A stretch of DNA of 64,000 nt from a virus. Every line of letters starts with the position of its first letter. Within the stretch, counting starts at the first letter, position 1. A model generated the notes under the pieces. It made no database searches and was not told the DNA's origin. It was given only the letters and a program-made list of their open reading frames with translations. Made by a program: the position numbers and the translations under genes. Shown here one piece after another: positions 26,486-36,703 of this stretch. Location: IMG/VR virus record IMGVR_UViG_3300007511_001396, positions 10,321 through 74,320 of that record. One strand, 5' to 3'.

Positions 26486-27428
26486 TAAAGTTTTATTTGT
26501 TACAGAAAAGTGGTGTGATGCTGATCCAAATAAGGGCTTGACAAACAACTACCATAATCTTTTTGGAACCTTTCGGAACACATTCCCAGATACACAATTT
26601 AATATTGTACATATGGACGAATACTCTCTTCGGAAGAAACAACATATTGATAATTTTTTGATGACTCTTATCGAGCGCTCGGAACCTGACATCGTTATTT
26701 TTTCTTTGCTAGGTAAGTCTAACCTTAATCCCACTAATATTAGTTTAAAATTTATTAAAGAAAGAGGTTGCAAAACTGTCTTTATGTGGCCAGATGTGTT
26801 CGATGGCTGGGGCATTCCAGAGATACAAGAACTAAATGTCGAAGGCTTGGCTGATTTGCATGTCTGCTGGGGTTCAGAAAAGAATTTTGAGACAGAACAA
26901 GATAATGTTGTTTGGTTATGGGCACCACAAGACGAAACACTGTACCACCCGTTGGAAAACAACATGCACACCTTGGAATCTAGCTTCCTCGGTAGCCCTA
27001 GATACCCCGAAAGACAAAAATTCTTAACACACCTTTTAACATCTGGTGCAAAAGTTTTTATTGGTGGAGGTCAGCGAGAAGAGGGCTTAACTCCAATGAA
27101 ATATGCTGAACTGATGAGAAATAGCAAAATAAGCATCAACTTTCCACAGGGGCCAGATGGATATGATCAATGCAAGGGTCGAGTATGGGAGATTTTGGCA
27201 AGCAAATCTCTTTTGTTGGAAAGAAAGAATAATGCCACTGCTGCTCTATTAACAGAGGGTGTCCATTATATTGAATTTACAGATGAGGAAGATCTTGCAG
27301 CAAAAATAGATTACTATCTTGAGAATGATGGCGAAAGAGAACATATCGCCGAAAAGGGCTATCAACGATTCAAAGAAGCATTTACGGCAAAAGTGTTTTG
27401 GAACACAATTATGGAGAGAATAAAATGA
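26472..27428 (+). CDS. Glycosyltransferase (CgeB/Glyco_trans_1_2-like)
   Basis: SFLGSP..R, SKISINF, KGRVWEI, C-terminal IAEKGYQR. Confidence 0.8.
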   Translation: MEKNNKVLFVTEKWCDADPNKGLTNNYHNLFGTFRNTFPDTQFNIVHMDEYSLRKKQHIDNFLMTLIERSEPDIVIFSLLGKSNLNPTNISLKFIKERGCKTVFMWPDVFDGWGIPEIQELNVEGLADLHVCWGSEKNFETEQDNVVWLWAPQDETLYHPLENNMHTLESSFLGSPRYPERQKFLTHLLTSGAKVFIGGGQREEGLTPMKYAELMRNSKISINFPQGPDGYDQCKGRVWEILASKSLLLERKNNATAALLTEGVHYIEFTDEEDLAAKIDYYLENDGEREHIAEKGYQRFKEAFTAKVFWNTIMERIK

Positions 27429-28255
27429 GTTATAAGTATGATGTTTCGATTCTGATGCCAGCAATCAGAACACACCAATGGTTAATGATGTATGGCAGTT
27501 TATTCAATGCTTGTAAGAACTATTCTTGGGAGCTTGTGATGGTTAGCCCATTTGATTTACCACCAGAGATGCAACACTTTGATAATGTTAAATTGATAAA
27601 AGACTACGGCGCCCCAACAAGAGCCGCCCAAATAGGAGCAATTCAGTGTGAAGGAGAATATATGTATCATTGTGTAGATGATGCTATTTTTCTCCCTGAT
27701 GCTATTGACGATACTATGGACTTTCTGAGAGAACATAATAATAAAAAGTTTGTTGTCAATATGCGATACAGAGAAGGCGCCTTATATTCGGGAGGCACTC
27801 TTCCAATGGGATTTTGGACAGCACACTTCCACGACGAGTTGCGGCTTGCTGGGATACCGAGAGATTATAAGATCTCTCTTCATCACTTTATGAGAATGGA
27901 TTATTTTAAAGAACTGGGCGGTTGGGATTGTCAATTTGAATACATTAATCATCCGTTACATGATCTGATGTTTAGAGTGCAGGCAGATGGCGGCAGATTA
28001 TTTGACTCCCGCACAGACGCCACAACTTGTAATCACTACGTCAACAAAACAAAAGATCATGCTCCAATATATGATGCACAAACCTTTGGCGATAAACCAA
28101 AATTTGATGCTATTTATTCATCGCCCGATGCTGCATCTAAGAGAATCAAACTTGATTTAGATAATTGGCAGCAAACATCCCCAGTGTGGAAGCGTAGATT
28201 TGAATCTAAAAATGGCAAGTTACCACAGAGCTATAAGGAGCTAGGATATAAATGA
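27425..28255 (+). CDS. GT2-like glycosyltransferase, paralog 1
   Basis: VSILMPAIR, VDD, LGGWD..FE, D.MFR. Confidence 0.75.
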   Translation: MSYKYDVSILMPAIRTHQWLMMYGSLFNACKNYSWELVMVSPFDLPPEMQHFDNVKLIKDYGAPTRAAQIGAIQCEGEYMYHCVDDAIFLPDAIDDTMDFLREHNNKKFVVNMRYREGALYSGGTLPMGFWTAHFHDELRLAGIPRDYKISLHHFMRMDYFKELGGWDCQFEYINHPLHDLMFRVQADGGRLFDSRTDATTCNHYVNKTKDHAPIYDAQTFGDKPKFDAIYSSPDAASKRIKLDLDNWQQTSPVWKRRFESKNGKLPQSYKELGYK

Positions 28256-29037
28256 AAGTAGGAATAATAGGTGTTGGTATTGTTGGAGGTGCATGTAAAT
28301 TTGGCTTTGAGCTTTTAGGACACAATGTTTCGGTACATGATATTGCACTTGAGACAAAAATAGAAGATGTTTTGGATACTGAAGTGGTATTTGTGTGCGT
28401 TCCGTCCCCACAAGGAGATGATGGAGCTTGTGACATTTCAATAGTAGAAGAAGTTGTCAACAATTTAAACCAGTTGGGATATCAAGGGATTGTAGCGATT
28501 AAATCAACAGTTGTACCTGGAACAACCAAGGCATTAATCGAGAGCACACTTATGAATATTGTTTTTGTACCAGAATTCTTAAGAGAGCGTTGTGCAATTA
28601 CTGATTTTACTGAAAACCATGATGTGTGCATAATCGGCTGTAGTGACCCCGAGACGTTTGAAAAAATAAAAGACTGCCACGGACATCTACCTGAAAAGTT
28701 CGTCCGTCTTACGCCCTCTGAGGCCGAGTTCTGTAAGTATTTCAACAACGTCTATAACGCCACTCTTATTATTTTTGCCAATAGCTTCTATGAAGCTTGT
28801 AAAGAGCAGGGCGTCGATTACACAAACATTAAAAATGCTGTTGTGAATCGTAAACACATTCACGGCAATTATCTCGAATGTAATGACAATTTTAGGGGCT
28901 TTGGGGGAATGTGCCTCCCAAAAGATGTGTCAGCTATGGCAAAACTAATGGAAAGCTCAAGTGTTGATTTTTTTGATGATTTATTAGATGAAAATAGTAA
29001 ATACAAAGTTACTGTATTTGAAGGAATGAGGAAGTGA
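28252..29037 (+). CDS. UDP-glucose/GDP-mannose 6-dehydrogenase-family protein (lacks C-terminal domain)
   Basis: GVGIVG, IKSTVVPGT, PEFLRE, AEFCKY, GFGGMCLPKD. Confidence 0.88.
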   Translation: MKVGIIGVGIVGGACKFGFELLGHNVSVHDIALETKIEDVLDTEVVFVCVPSPQGDDGACDISIVEEVVNNLNQLGYQGIVAIKSTVVPGTTKALIESTLMNIVFVPEFLRERCAITDFTENHDVCIIGCSDPETFEKIKDCHGHLPEKFVRLTPSEAEFCKYFNNVYNATLIIFANSFYEACKEQGVDYTNIKNAVVNRKHIHGNYLECNDNFRGFGGMCLPKDVSAMAKLMESSSVDFFDDLLDENSKYKVTVFEGMRK

Positions 29038-30053
29038 AAAAAATATTAATAACAGGAAGCCAAGGCTTTATTGGTTCATATCTATGCGCAGAGTTTTTAA
29101 ATAAGGGATATGAGGTCATCGGCCTAGATAACTTTTCTAAATATGGCCCAGTTGATAGGTCACATGACAACCATCCAAATTTTAGACTCTTGGAAATGGA
29201 CGCTATTAACTTAGATCCAGATAATATACCCCCAGAACTACAGGGCATCGAATATATAATAGCTGCTGCAGCAATGATCGGAGGAATTACTTATTTTCAT
29301 AAATATGCCTATGATTTATTGGCTACCAATGAACGCATACTTGCTTCAACGTTCGATCTAGCTATTAAATTAAACAAAGAACAAGCATTGAAGAGAATAG
29401 TCGTATTATCTAGCAGCATGGTGTTTGAAAACACCGATATTTATCCGACCCCTGAAGAAGAAATTAAAACTTGTGCCCCACCAATGAGCACATACGGATT
29501 CCAAAAGCTTGCAGTAGAATATTTTTGTAAAGGAGCACTTGAACAATATGGTCTCCCGTATACCATTATCAGACCCTTTAACTGTGTGGGTGTTGGCGAG
29601 GAAGACGCTATTGGAGAACACGAAGTAAAATCTGGCAACATTAAGCTAATGATGAGTCACGTATTGCCAGATATCATAAATAAAATTCTCAAAGGCCAAA
29701 ACCCTGTTCACATTTTAGGGACTGGCAATCAGATAAGGTGCTACACTAACGGTAAAGATATAGCTAGAGGCATACGCATGTGCTTAGAGAGCGAAAATGC
29801 AATCAATAATGACTTTAATATATCTACACCCTCGGCTACATCTGTGGTAGAATTAGCTGAGACAGTGTGGGACATTATAAACCCAGGTGTCCCATTTTCG
29901 TTTGCTAGTGATGAAGCCTATCTCTACGATGTACAAAAGAGAATACCAGATGTCTCCAAAGCAAAGGACTTAATCGGATTTGAAGCGGAGGTTTCTTTTG
30001 AGGAATCAGTTCGAGAGGTTATTGATTATATGAGGAGTAAAGAAATTGGATAA
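29034..30053 (+). CDS. NAD-dependent epimerase/dehydratase
   Basis: TGSQGFIG, SSSMV, YGFQK, RPFN. Confidence 0.9.
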   Translation: MKKILITGSQGFIGSYLCAEFLNKGYEVIGLDNFSKYGPVDRSHDNHPNFRLLEMDAINLDPDNIPPELQGIEYIIAAAAMIGGITYFHKYAYDLLATNERILASTFDLAIKLNKEQALKRIVVLSSSMVFENTDIYPTPEEEIKTCAPPMSTYGFQKLAVEYFCKGALEQYGLPYTIIRPFNCVGVGEEDAIGEHEVKSGNIKLMMSHVLPDIINKILKGQNPVHILGTGNQIRCYTNGKDIARGIRMCLESENAINNDFNISTPSATSVVELAETVWDIINPGVPFSFASDEAYLYDVQKRIPDVSKAKDLIGFEAEVSFEESVREVIDYMRSKEIG

Positions 30054-30834
30054 GCCAGAAATATCTCTAATATTGCCAAGTATTAGGCCAGATAGATTAG
30101 AGGGGTTGTATGAATCTATTCTTAAATCCACCAATCGTTCATTTGAATTAATAGTGGCGGGTCCGTACCCATTACCACCAGCACTACAAGATATAAAAAA
30201 TATCAAATATGTTAAAGATTATGGCTCACCTGTACGAGCTTCTAATGTCGCCGCGTCATTATGTGAAGGAGAAGTCTACACATGGTTAGCAGATGATTGT
30301 ATAATGTTTGAAGATTCACTTGATAAGTGTATGGACATATTTTATGAAATGGGAGATTCTAAAAATAATGTACTTGTGGCAAAGTACTTTGAGGGCGAAA
30401 TGGGCTCCCAAGAGCGAACCAGTCTTCAGCCAGATAGTTATTTTAAAATTATTAATACCCCAGCTAGTTCTCCACATCTTCCAAAAGATTGGTGGCTCTT
30501 TAATATTGCTTTTATGCGTGCAAGCTTTTTTGAAAAACTTGGTGGTTGGGATGCGTCATATGAAGGCACTTGGGCATCTCATGCTGATATGGCAATCAGA
30601 GCACAGTTTGCGGGAGCAAATGTAAAGATGGCTGATGTACCCTTATTTGTTTGTGATCATATGCCTGGTGGAACTGGTGATCATATGCCAATCTTTATTT
30701 GCCAACACCAACACGATGAACCACTCTTACACCAAAGATACAGAGATCCACAATGGACTTTGAATTTACCCCACAGGATGAAAATTGACAACTGGAAAAA
30801 CGCACCAATTATTTGGAAACGGAGATTTAAATGA
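30046..30834 (+). CDS. GT2-like glycosyltransferase, paralog 2
   Basis: ISLILPSIR, ADD, LGGWD..YE, C-terminal WKRRF. Confidence 0.75.
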   Translation: MDKPEISLILPSIRPDRLEGLYESILKSTNRSFELIVAGPYPLPPALQDIKNIKYVKDYGSPVRASNVAASLCEGEVYTWLADDCIMFEDSLDKCMDIFYEMGDSKNNVLVAKYFEGEMGSQERTSLQPDSYFKIINTPASSPHLPKDWWLFNIAFMRASFFEKLGGWDASYEGTWASHADMAIRAQFAGANVKMADVPLFVCDHMPGGTGDHMPIFICQHQHDEPLLHQRYRDPQWTLNLPHRMKIDNWKNAPIIWKRRFK

Positions 30835-31607
30835 CGCATTATGATGTTTCTATATGCTTGCCAGCCCACAGGACACATTTGTGGGAGCGATTATATAATT
30901 CAGCCGCAGAAGCTGTTGGTCCCAATTATACTTGGGAACTTATTTTAGTAGGCCCTAACGAGCCACCACCATCTTTGTTAAATAAAAAGAATTTTAAGTT
31001 TTTTAAAGATTTCGGAACACCCTCTCGTTGTGCTCAGATAGCCACTACTCTAGCAGAGGGAGAATTAATGATGTGGGGCTCAGATGATGGTTATTTCTTG
31101 AAGAATACTATCAAAGAGTGTATTGACATGCACAAAAATCTTCCCTATCGAGATATTGTAATTATAAAATATGCCGAAGGTAGAGATCACTCAGGGAAAT
31201 GTCCCGATGAGAGCTACTGGAAGGCTTGGACTCATCCAGATCAAAGATTACCGGGAATTCCACAAGACTTCTATATTACTTTGCTGGCTATGTATAAGCT
31301 AGATTACTTTCGTCAACTTGGTGGTTGGGATTGCTCTTTTGAACATTTAAATATGAATACCCACGATTTAGCATTTAGGGCTCAAAGAGATGGCGCAAAA
31401 ATTCACTTTTCACCAAATTTGGTCTTGACGTGCGACTGGAATCCCAACGAGGGCGATCACGTCCCTGTACAAGAAGCATATCATAATAATGATGCCCCTC
31501 TATTTCAAGCACTTTATAGAGAACCAAGGCCAAATAGAATAAGGATTGATTATTTTAATTGGACAAAGAGTCCACCAATTTGGAAAAGGAGATTCGGTAA
31601 TGAATAA
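30831..31607 (+). CDS. GT2-like glycosyltransferase, paralog 3
   Basis: VSICLPAHR, SDD, LGGWD..FE, C-terminal WKRRF. Confidence 0.75.
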   Translation: MTHYDVSICLPAHRTHLWERLYNSAAEAVGPNYTWELILVGPNEPPPSLLNKKNFKFFKDFGTPSRCAQIATTLAEGELMMWGSDDGYFLKNTIKECIDMHKNLPYRDIVIIKYAEGRDHSGKCPDESYWKAWTHPDQRLPGIPQDFYITLLAMYKLDYFRQLGGWDCSFEHLNMNTHDLAFRAQRDGAKIHFSPNLVLTCDWNPNEGDHVPVQEAYHNNDAPLFQALYREPRPNRIRIDYFNWTKSPPIWKRRFGNE

Positions 31608-32532
31608 AAAAATACTGATTACGGGCGCCAAAGGTCTTGTTGGTTCTGCTTTAAGAAATATACAGACAGACCACGATGAGTTTGATTTTGTGTTTTCTGG
31701 CCACCAAGAACATGACTTGACTAAAGAAGAAGATGTTAAGCGATTATTTGAAGAAACAAAACCAGATTATGTAATACATACGGCAGCTCGTGTCGGAGGT
31801 ATCGGTAGGAATTTATCAACACCGGCAGAGCAATTTTATTGCAATATTTTAATGAACACTTTTGTTATTCATTATGCACAACTTTATAATGTTGAAAAAT
31901 TATTAGCCTTCTCTTCAGTCTGCGCTTTTCCTGCCGGCGCAGAAAACTTTAATGAAGATATTTTGCACGATGGGGAACCATACCAAGCTCATTACTCATA
32001 TGCCTATTCTAAGAGAATGGTAGATGTTCAAATAGGTGCGTACAAGCAGCAACATCAAGTTAACTATTGTTCTGTCATACCTGGCAATATCTTCGGCGAA
32101 AATGATAATTTTAATTTAGAAGACGGTCATGTTGTTCCGTCTCTTATTCATAAGGCATATTTGGCTGCAAGAGACGGAACCTCGTTGGAAGTGTGGGGCG
32201 ATGGTAGCCCATATCGAGAATTTTTGAGTTCAAGGGACATAGCTCGCGTGTGTATAGAGCTTCTTAAATCTAACAAACAATTGCCCCAACGCATAATTGT
32301 CTCTGGAGAGAAAGAAACAAGGATTTCAGAGTTAGTTAAAATGATATGTGAGGCAACTGGTTTAAAAGATATCAAGTGGCTCACTGAAAAGCCAAATGGC
32401 CAAATGCGCAGACCGACTAATAAGAGTATCTTCCATTCAACATTGCCAGACTTTCAGCATGCTGATCTAAAAGATTCTATTAATAAGACAGTAGAGTGGT
32501 TTGGTAAAAATTATCCCAATGTGAGGAAATAA
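31600..32532 (+). CDS. fcl: GDP-L-fucose/GDP-L-colitose synthase (Fcl/ColC-like epimerase-reductase)
   Basis: [55 protein letters not shown]. Confidence 0.88.
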   Translation: MNKKILITGAKGLVGSALRNIQTDHDEFDFVFSGHQEHDLTKEEDVKRLFEETKPDYVIHTAARVGGIGRNLSTPAEQFYCNILMNTFVIHYAQLYNVEKLLAFSSVCAFPAGAENFNEDILHDGEPYQAHYSYAYSKRMVDVQIGAYKQQHQVNYCSVIPGNIFGENDNFNLEDGHVVPSLIHKAYLAARDGTSLEVWGDGSPYREFLSSRDIARVCIELLKSNKQLPQRIIVSGEKETRISELVKMICEATGLKDIKWLTEKPNGQMRRPTNKSIFHSTLPDFQHADLKDSINKTVEWFGKNYPNVRK

Positions 32533-33521
32533 TGAAGACAGCACTCATAACAGGAGTTACTGGTCAAACTGGTAGTTATCTCGCAGAACTACTCTTAGAT
32601 AAGGGGTATACTGTAGTAGGTATCAAGCGCCGCACATCATTATTGAATACTGCTAGGATAGATCATCTATTAGATAAAGAAAATTTTATTCTATCTTATG
32701 CAAATATGACTGATTCTGGAAACCTACACCGCATTCTGCAGAAATATAACCCTGATGAGATATATAACTTAGCGGCACAATCTCACGTTAGGGTTTCTTT
32801 CGACACGCCATATGAAACAGCAGACATTACAGCTATGGGGACACTTAGAATGCTAGAGGCTGTGAGGAATGTTTGCCCTAGAGCTAGAATTTATCAAGCC
32901 TCTTCGTCTGAGATGTTTGGGGACAATCCCGAAACACCACAGAGCGAATCAACAGCATTACAACCAGCTAGCCCTTATGCTTGTTCAAAAGTGTTTGCTC
33001 ACCACTTGTGCCGCAATTATAGAGAGAGTTACAAAATGCATATCTCTAGTGGTATATTGTTTAACCATGAGTCGCCTAGGAGGGGTGAAACATTTGTCAC
33101 TCGTAAGATAACTCGTGCTGCAGCAAGAATTAAATTAGGTATTCAAGATAAGCTATACCTAGGAAACCTTGAAGCAAAGAGAGATTGGGGTTATGCTGGC
33201 GATTATGTTGAGGCGATGTGGCTGATGTTACAACAAGAAGAACCTAGTGATTATGTTGTTGCAACCGGCGAAACACACACAGTGCGGGACTTTCTTCAAG
33301 AGGTCTTTGATCAAGCGGGCTTAGATATAAACACTTTTGTAGAAACAGATGAGAGATTATTCAGACCACATGAGGTGCCTTTACTCCTAGGAGACCCGTC
33401 TAAAGCAAGAGAGAAGTTAGGTTGGTCACCAACAATAAGATTTAAAGAATTGGCCAAAATGATGTATGATTCAGATTTACAAGAAGCAAAGAATGAGGAG
33501 ACAAAAAATGAAAAAACTTAA
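32532..33521 (+). CDS. gmd: GDP-mannose 4,6-dehydratase
   Basis: [62 protein letters not shown]. Confidence 0.96.
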   Translation: MKTALITGVTGQTGSYLAELLLDKGYTVVGIKRRTSLLNTARIDHLLDKENFILSYANMTDSGNLHRILQKYNPDEIYNLAAQSHVRVSFDTPYETADITAMGTLRMLEAVRNVCPRARIYQASSSEMFGDNPETPQSESTALQPASPYACSKVFAHHLCRNYRESYKMHISSGILFNHESPRRGETFVTRKITRAAARIKLGIQDKLYLGNLEAKRDWGYAGDYVEAMWLMLQQEEPSDYVVATGETHTVRDFLQEVFDQAGLDINTFVETDERLFRPHEVPLLLGDPSKAREKLGWSPTIRFKELAKMMYDSDLQEAKNEETKNEKT

Positions 33522-34059
33522 TTTGGGATGTGGGGACAGGAAACTACACGGATTTATAAACATAGACGCCAGAGAAGAAGTATCACCAGATGTTATTTGT
33601 GATGTCACTAAAATTCATGAAAAATACTCAGATGCAGACTTAGTGTATGCTTGTCACGTCTTGGAGCATTTTCCGACAAAGCCGTTTGAATACCAAAAGG
33701 TATCTTGGGAAGAAGTCTTAAACAGTTGGTACAAATCGTTAAAGGTTGGTGGTATACTGAGACTATCTGTCCCAGATATTAAAGCAGCTTGTTCTTATTA
33801 CTTAAGAACTAATGATTTTAAATCAGTACAGGCATTTTTCTATGGAGGTCAGAAATATGATTTTGATTTTCATTACCACGCTTGGTCAGAAGAAACTCTA
33901 TCTGAGGCGCTCAAAAACATAGGATTTAAAACTGTAAAGAGATACGACTGGAGAAATACGGAACATTTTTACGTAGATGATTACAGTCAAGCTTATTTAC
34001 CACATATGGATAAAGTAAGTGGTGAATTAATGAGCTTAAACTTAGAAGCAACAAAATAA
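33508..34059 (+). CDS. Class I SAM-dependent methyltransferase (type 11-like)
   Basis: [24 protein letters not shown]. Confidence 0.85.
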   Translation: MKKLNLGCGDRKLHGFINIDAREEVSPDVICDVTKIHEKYSDADLVYACHVLEHFPTKPFEYQKVSWEEVLNSWYKSLKVGGILRLSVPDIKAACSYYLRTNDFKSVQAFFYGGQKYDFDFHYHAWSEETLSEALKNIGFKTVKRYDWRNTEHFYVDDYSQAYLPHMDKVSGELMSLNLEATK

Positions 34060-34069
34060 AGGATTAAAA

Positions 34070-35233
34070 ATGACTATCGAATACCCATTAGCAAAAGAGA
34101 CTATCAATGAACAAGACATTGATGAACTGTGTACTTGGCTCAAGAGCTACCCACGCCTCACAAAAGGTGATTTAACGTGGCAAGTAGAAGAAGATTGGGC
34201 TAACTACATCGGCACAGACTACGCAGTGTTTAACAATTCAGGCTCCTCGGCAAATCTGCTGATGATTGCTGCCGCAGTGCAGGCCGGCAGAATACCAAAC
34301 AAAAAGATTGTAGTACCATCTGTTGGCTGGGTTACTACCATTGCCCCAGCAATGCAATTAGGGCTGCATCCTATAATGGTCGGAGCCGATAAAGAAACAT
34401 TTGGAATGGATTTAGATCAGCTTGAAGAGGTATGTGAAAGAGAAAGACCAGATGCTGTTATCTTTGTTCAAGTTCTTGGGGTACCTCACCACCGAGACAG
34501 GATACTTGAGCTAAAAAAGAAGTATGGCTTTATTCTTTTAGAAGATGCATGTGCTGCTCTCGGCGCTTCATATTCCGATGGCGAAATGGTAGGCACGGTC
34601 GGTGATATGTCATCATTTTCATTTTACTTTGGCCACCAATTGTCAACGATAGAGGGGGGAATGGTAAACACAAACGATAAAGAGCTTTATGAAATGCTTC
34701 TTATGTTGCGCTCACATGGTTGGGCTAAAGACTTATCACCCGCAACTACTGAAAAAATGATGGCAAAGTACAACATTGACGACTTCCATAGCCCATTCAC
34801 ATTCTTTGTACCAGGATACAATCTCAGATCTACTGATTTGCAAGCCTTCCTGGGCATCAGGCAGGTCAAAAAAGCAGATTGGACTGCTAACCAGCGAAAC
34901 AAAAATCACCGCCTCTACGCCGAACTGCTGGACGGCTATGTAGACTTTCAGAGATGGGGCGAGCACAACCCAGTGTCTATTTCTTTTGGCGCACTAGCAA
35001 ACAGCACAGAACACCGTAGAGAAATTGTTGAGAGGCTTGTGGCTAACGGAGTGGAGACTAGAATCTTTAGTGCAGGTAATCTGGGCCGCCACCCCTTTTG
35101 GGTTGACAAATACGGAACATTTGAAGATGAAATGAGCGACAAAATACATTCTTGTGGATTCTTTGTGCCGAACTATCCAGAATTAACTTCGGCAGATATA
35201 AGATTTATTTGTGATGTAATAAAGGGAAGTTAA
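34070..35233 (+). CDS. colD: PLP-dependent GDP-4-keto-6-deoxymannose 3-dehydratase (ColD-like; DegT family with His at the Schiff-base Lys position)
   Basis: NSGSSANL, EDAC, SFYFGHQLSTIEGG (H replaces K), LRSHGW, PGYNLR; no RfbH-type Cys cluster; adjacent to gmd and fcl. Confidence 0.72.
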   Translation: MTIEYPLAKETINEQDIDELCTWLKSYPRLTKGDLTWQVEEDWANYIGTDYAVFNNSGSSANLLMIAAAVQAGRIPNKKIVVPSVGWVTTIAPAMQLGLHPIMVGADKETFGMDLDQLEEVCERERPDAVIFVQVLGVPHHRDRILELKKKYGFILLEDACAALGASYSDGEMVGTVGDMSSFSFYFGHQLSTIEGGMVNTNDKELYEMLLMLRSHGWAKDLSPATTEKMMAKYNIDDFHSPFTFFVPGYNLRSTDLQAFLGIRQVKKADWTANQRNKNHRLYAELLDGYVDFQRWGEHNPVSISFGALANSTEHRREIVERLVANGVETRIFSAGNLGRHPFWVDKYGTFEDEMSDKIHSCGFFVPNYPELTSADIRFICDVIKGS

Positions 35234-35979
35234 TGCGAATATTGGTTATCGGCGAGAGCTGCAGCGATATATATCAATATGGAGAATGCGTAAGATTAGC
35301 ACCCGAAGCGCCTGTTCCAATTATTAAGATTGATGATAGTAACAAAAAAGAGATGCCAGGGATGGCCATGAATGTATATAATAATATATTTTCTCTGGCT
35401 GGGTCAGTAGGAGACATAGCTATCAAGACCAACCCAAATTGGAAAGAAGTAAAAAAGACAAGATTTGTAGACTATCGTACCAACTATATTATTCTAAGGG
35501 CTGATGAAGGTGACGACGAGATCCAAAGGTGTGATGTAGAAAAAATAGACTTTTCAATCTATGATATTGTGGTTATTTCTGACTACAACAAGGGCTACTT
35601 ATTAGAAGAAGACATAGAGTTCATATCTATGCAACATCCAGTAACACTCCTAGATACAAAAAAGATACTTGGCGACTGGTGTAAGAATATTACTTTCATC
35701 AAAATAAATGATTTTGAATTCAACAGGACAAAACATAAACTAACGGATCAAATAAGAGACAAAATGGTAGTAACATTAGGGCCAGATGGGGCTTCTCATA
35801 AGGGTGTAATATACCCAGTTCCGAAGGTAGAGATAAAAGATACTGCTGGAGCAGGTGATACTTTTATATCAGCATTGGCAGTAAGATATGCTCTCACCGA
35901 AGACATTGAAGAATCTATTCAATTTGCTAACAAGTGTGCAACTATTGTTGTTCAAAAGAAAGGGGTTTCTACTATATGA
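35233..35979 (+). CDS. HldE/RfaE domain I-like heptose-7-phosphate kinase (PfkB family)
   Basis: RLAPEAPVP, SDYNKG, DTAGAGDTF. Confidence 0.85.
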   Translation: MRILVIGESCSDIYQYGECVRLAPEAPVPIIKIDDSNKKEMPGMAMNVYNNIFSLAGSVGDIAIKTNPNWKEVKKTRFVDYRTNYIILRADEGDDEIQRCDVEKIDFSIYDIVVISDYNKGYLLEEDIEFISMQHPVTLLDTKKILGDWCKNITFIKINDFEFNRTKHKLTDQIRDKMVVTLGPDGASHKGVIYPVPKVEIKDTAGAGDTFISALAVRYALTEDIEESIQFANKCATIVVQKKGVSTI

Positions 35980-36368
35980 AGAATGTAATATGGACTAACG
36001 GATGTTTTGATATTTTACATCGTGGTCACTTTGAGATGTTAAAGTATGCTAAGTCATTGGGCGACTACTTAATGGTTGGTATAGATTCGGACGAGAAAGT
36101 AAAAAAAGATAAGGGTTATCACAGGCCATTTAATAGCCAAAATGATCGCAAGTTTGCATTAGAATCAATACGATATATTGATGAAGTGGTTATATTTGAT
36201 TCTAAAGAACAACTAGAGTCGCTTATAGAAGACATATCGCCAACTAAGATGGTAATAGGTTCTGACTGGAAAGGTAAAGAGATAGTTGGGAGCAAACACT
36301 GCACAGATGTTTGTTTTTATGATAGAATAGGTTCTTATTCCACAACCAAGATATTAGAGAGTAGATAA
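35976..36368 (+). CDS. HldE/RfaE domain II-like adenylyltransferase
   Basis: TNGCFDILHRGH, KG..RP.N, GSDW, YSTTKI. Confidence 0.88.
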   Translation: MKNVIWTNGCFDILHRGHFEMLKYAKSLGDYLMVGIDSDEKVKKDKGYHRPFNSQNDRKFALESIRYIDEVVIFDSKEQLESLIEDISPTKMVIGSDWKGKEIVGSKHCTDVCFYDRIGSYSTTKILESR

Positions 36369-36703
36369 TGACATTAGTTTTTGACATAGATGGCACAATA
36401 TGTAGAAAGCCAAAAGAGCTAGACTATAGCGATAGTGAGCCTATAGTGGAAAGAATACAAGAAATAAATAATTTATACGAAAGAGGTCACACTATTATCT
36501 TTCTAACAGCGAGAGGTATGGGAAGGTTTAACAACGATGCGGAAAAAGCGGAAGCCGAGTTTAGAGACTTGACAGTCGCCCAGCTTAAAGAATGGGGCGT
36601 GTTATATCATCAACTTTTTTTGGGAAAACCTTCGGGCGATTATTATATAGACGATAAGGGGATTAGAGATGTCGATTACTTTAGAAATGACACATGTAAA
36701 TAA
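36368..36703 (+). CDS. Small HAD phosphatase (capsule-locus type)
   Basis: FDIDGTI, TARG, GKP..DYYIDDK. Confidence 0.85.
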   Translation: MTLVFDIDGTICRKPKELDYSDSEPIVERIQEINNLYERGHTIIFLTARGMGRFNNDAEKAEAEFRDLTVAQLKEWGVLYHQLFLGKPSGDYYIDDKGIRDVDYFRNDTCK

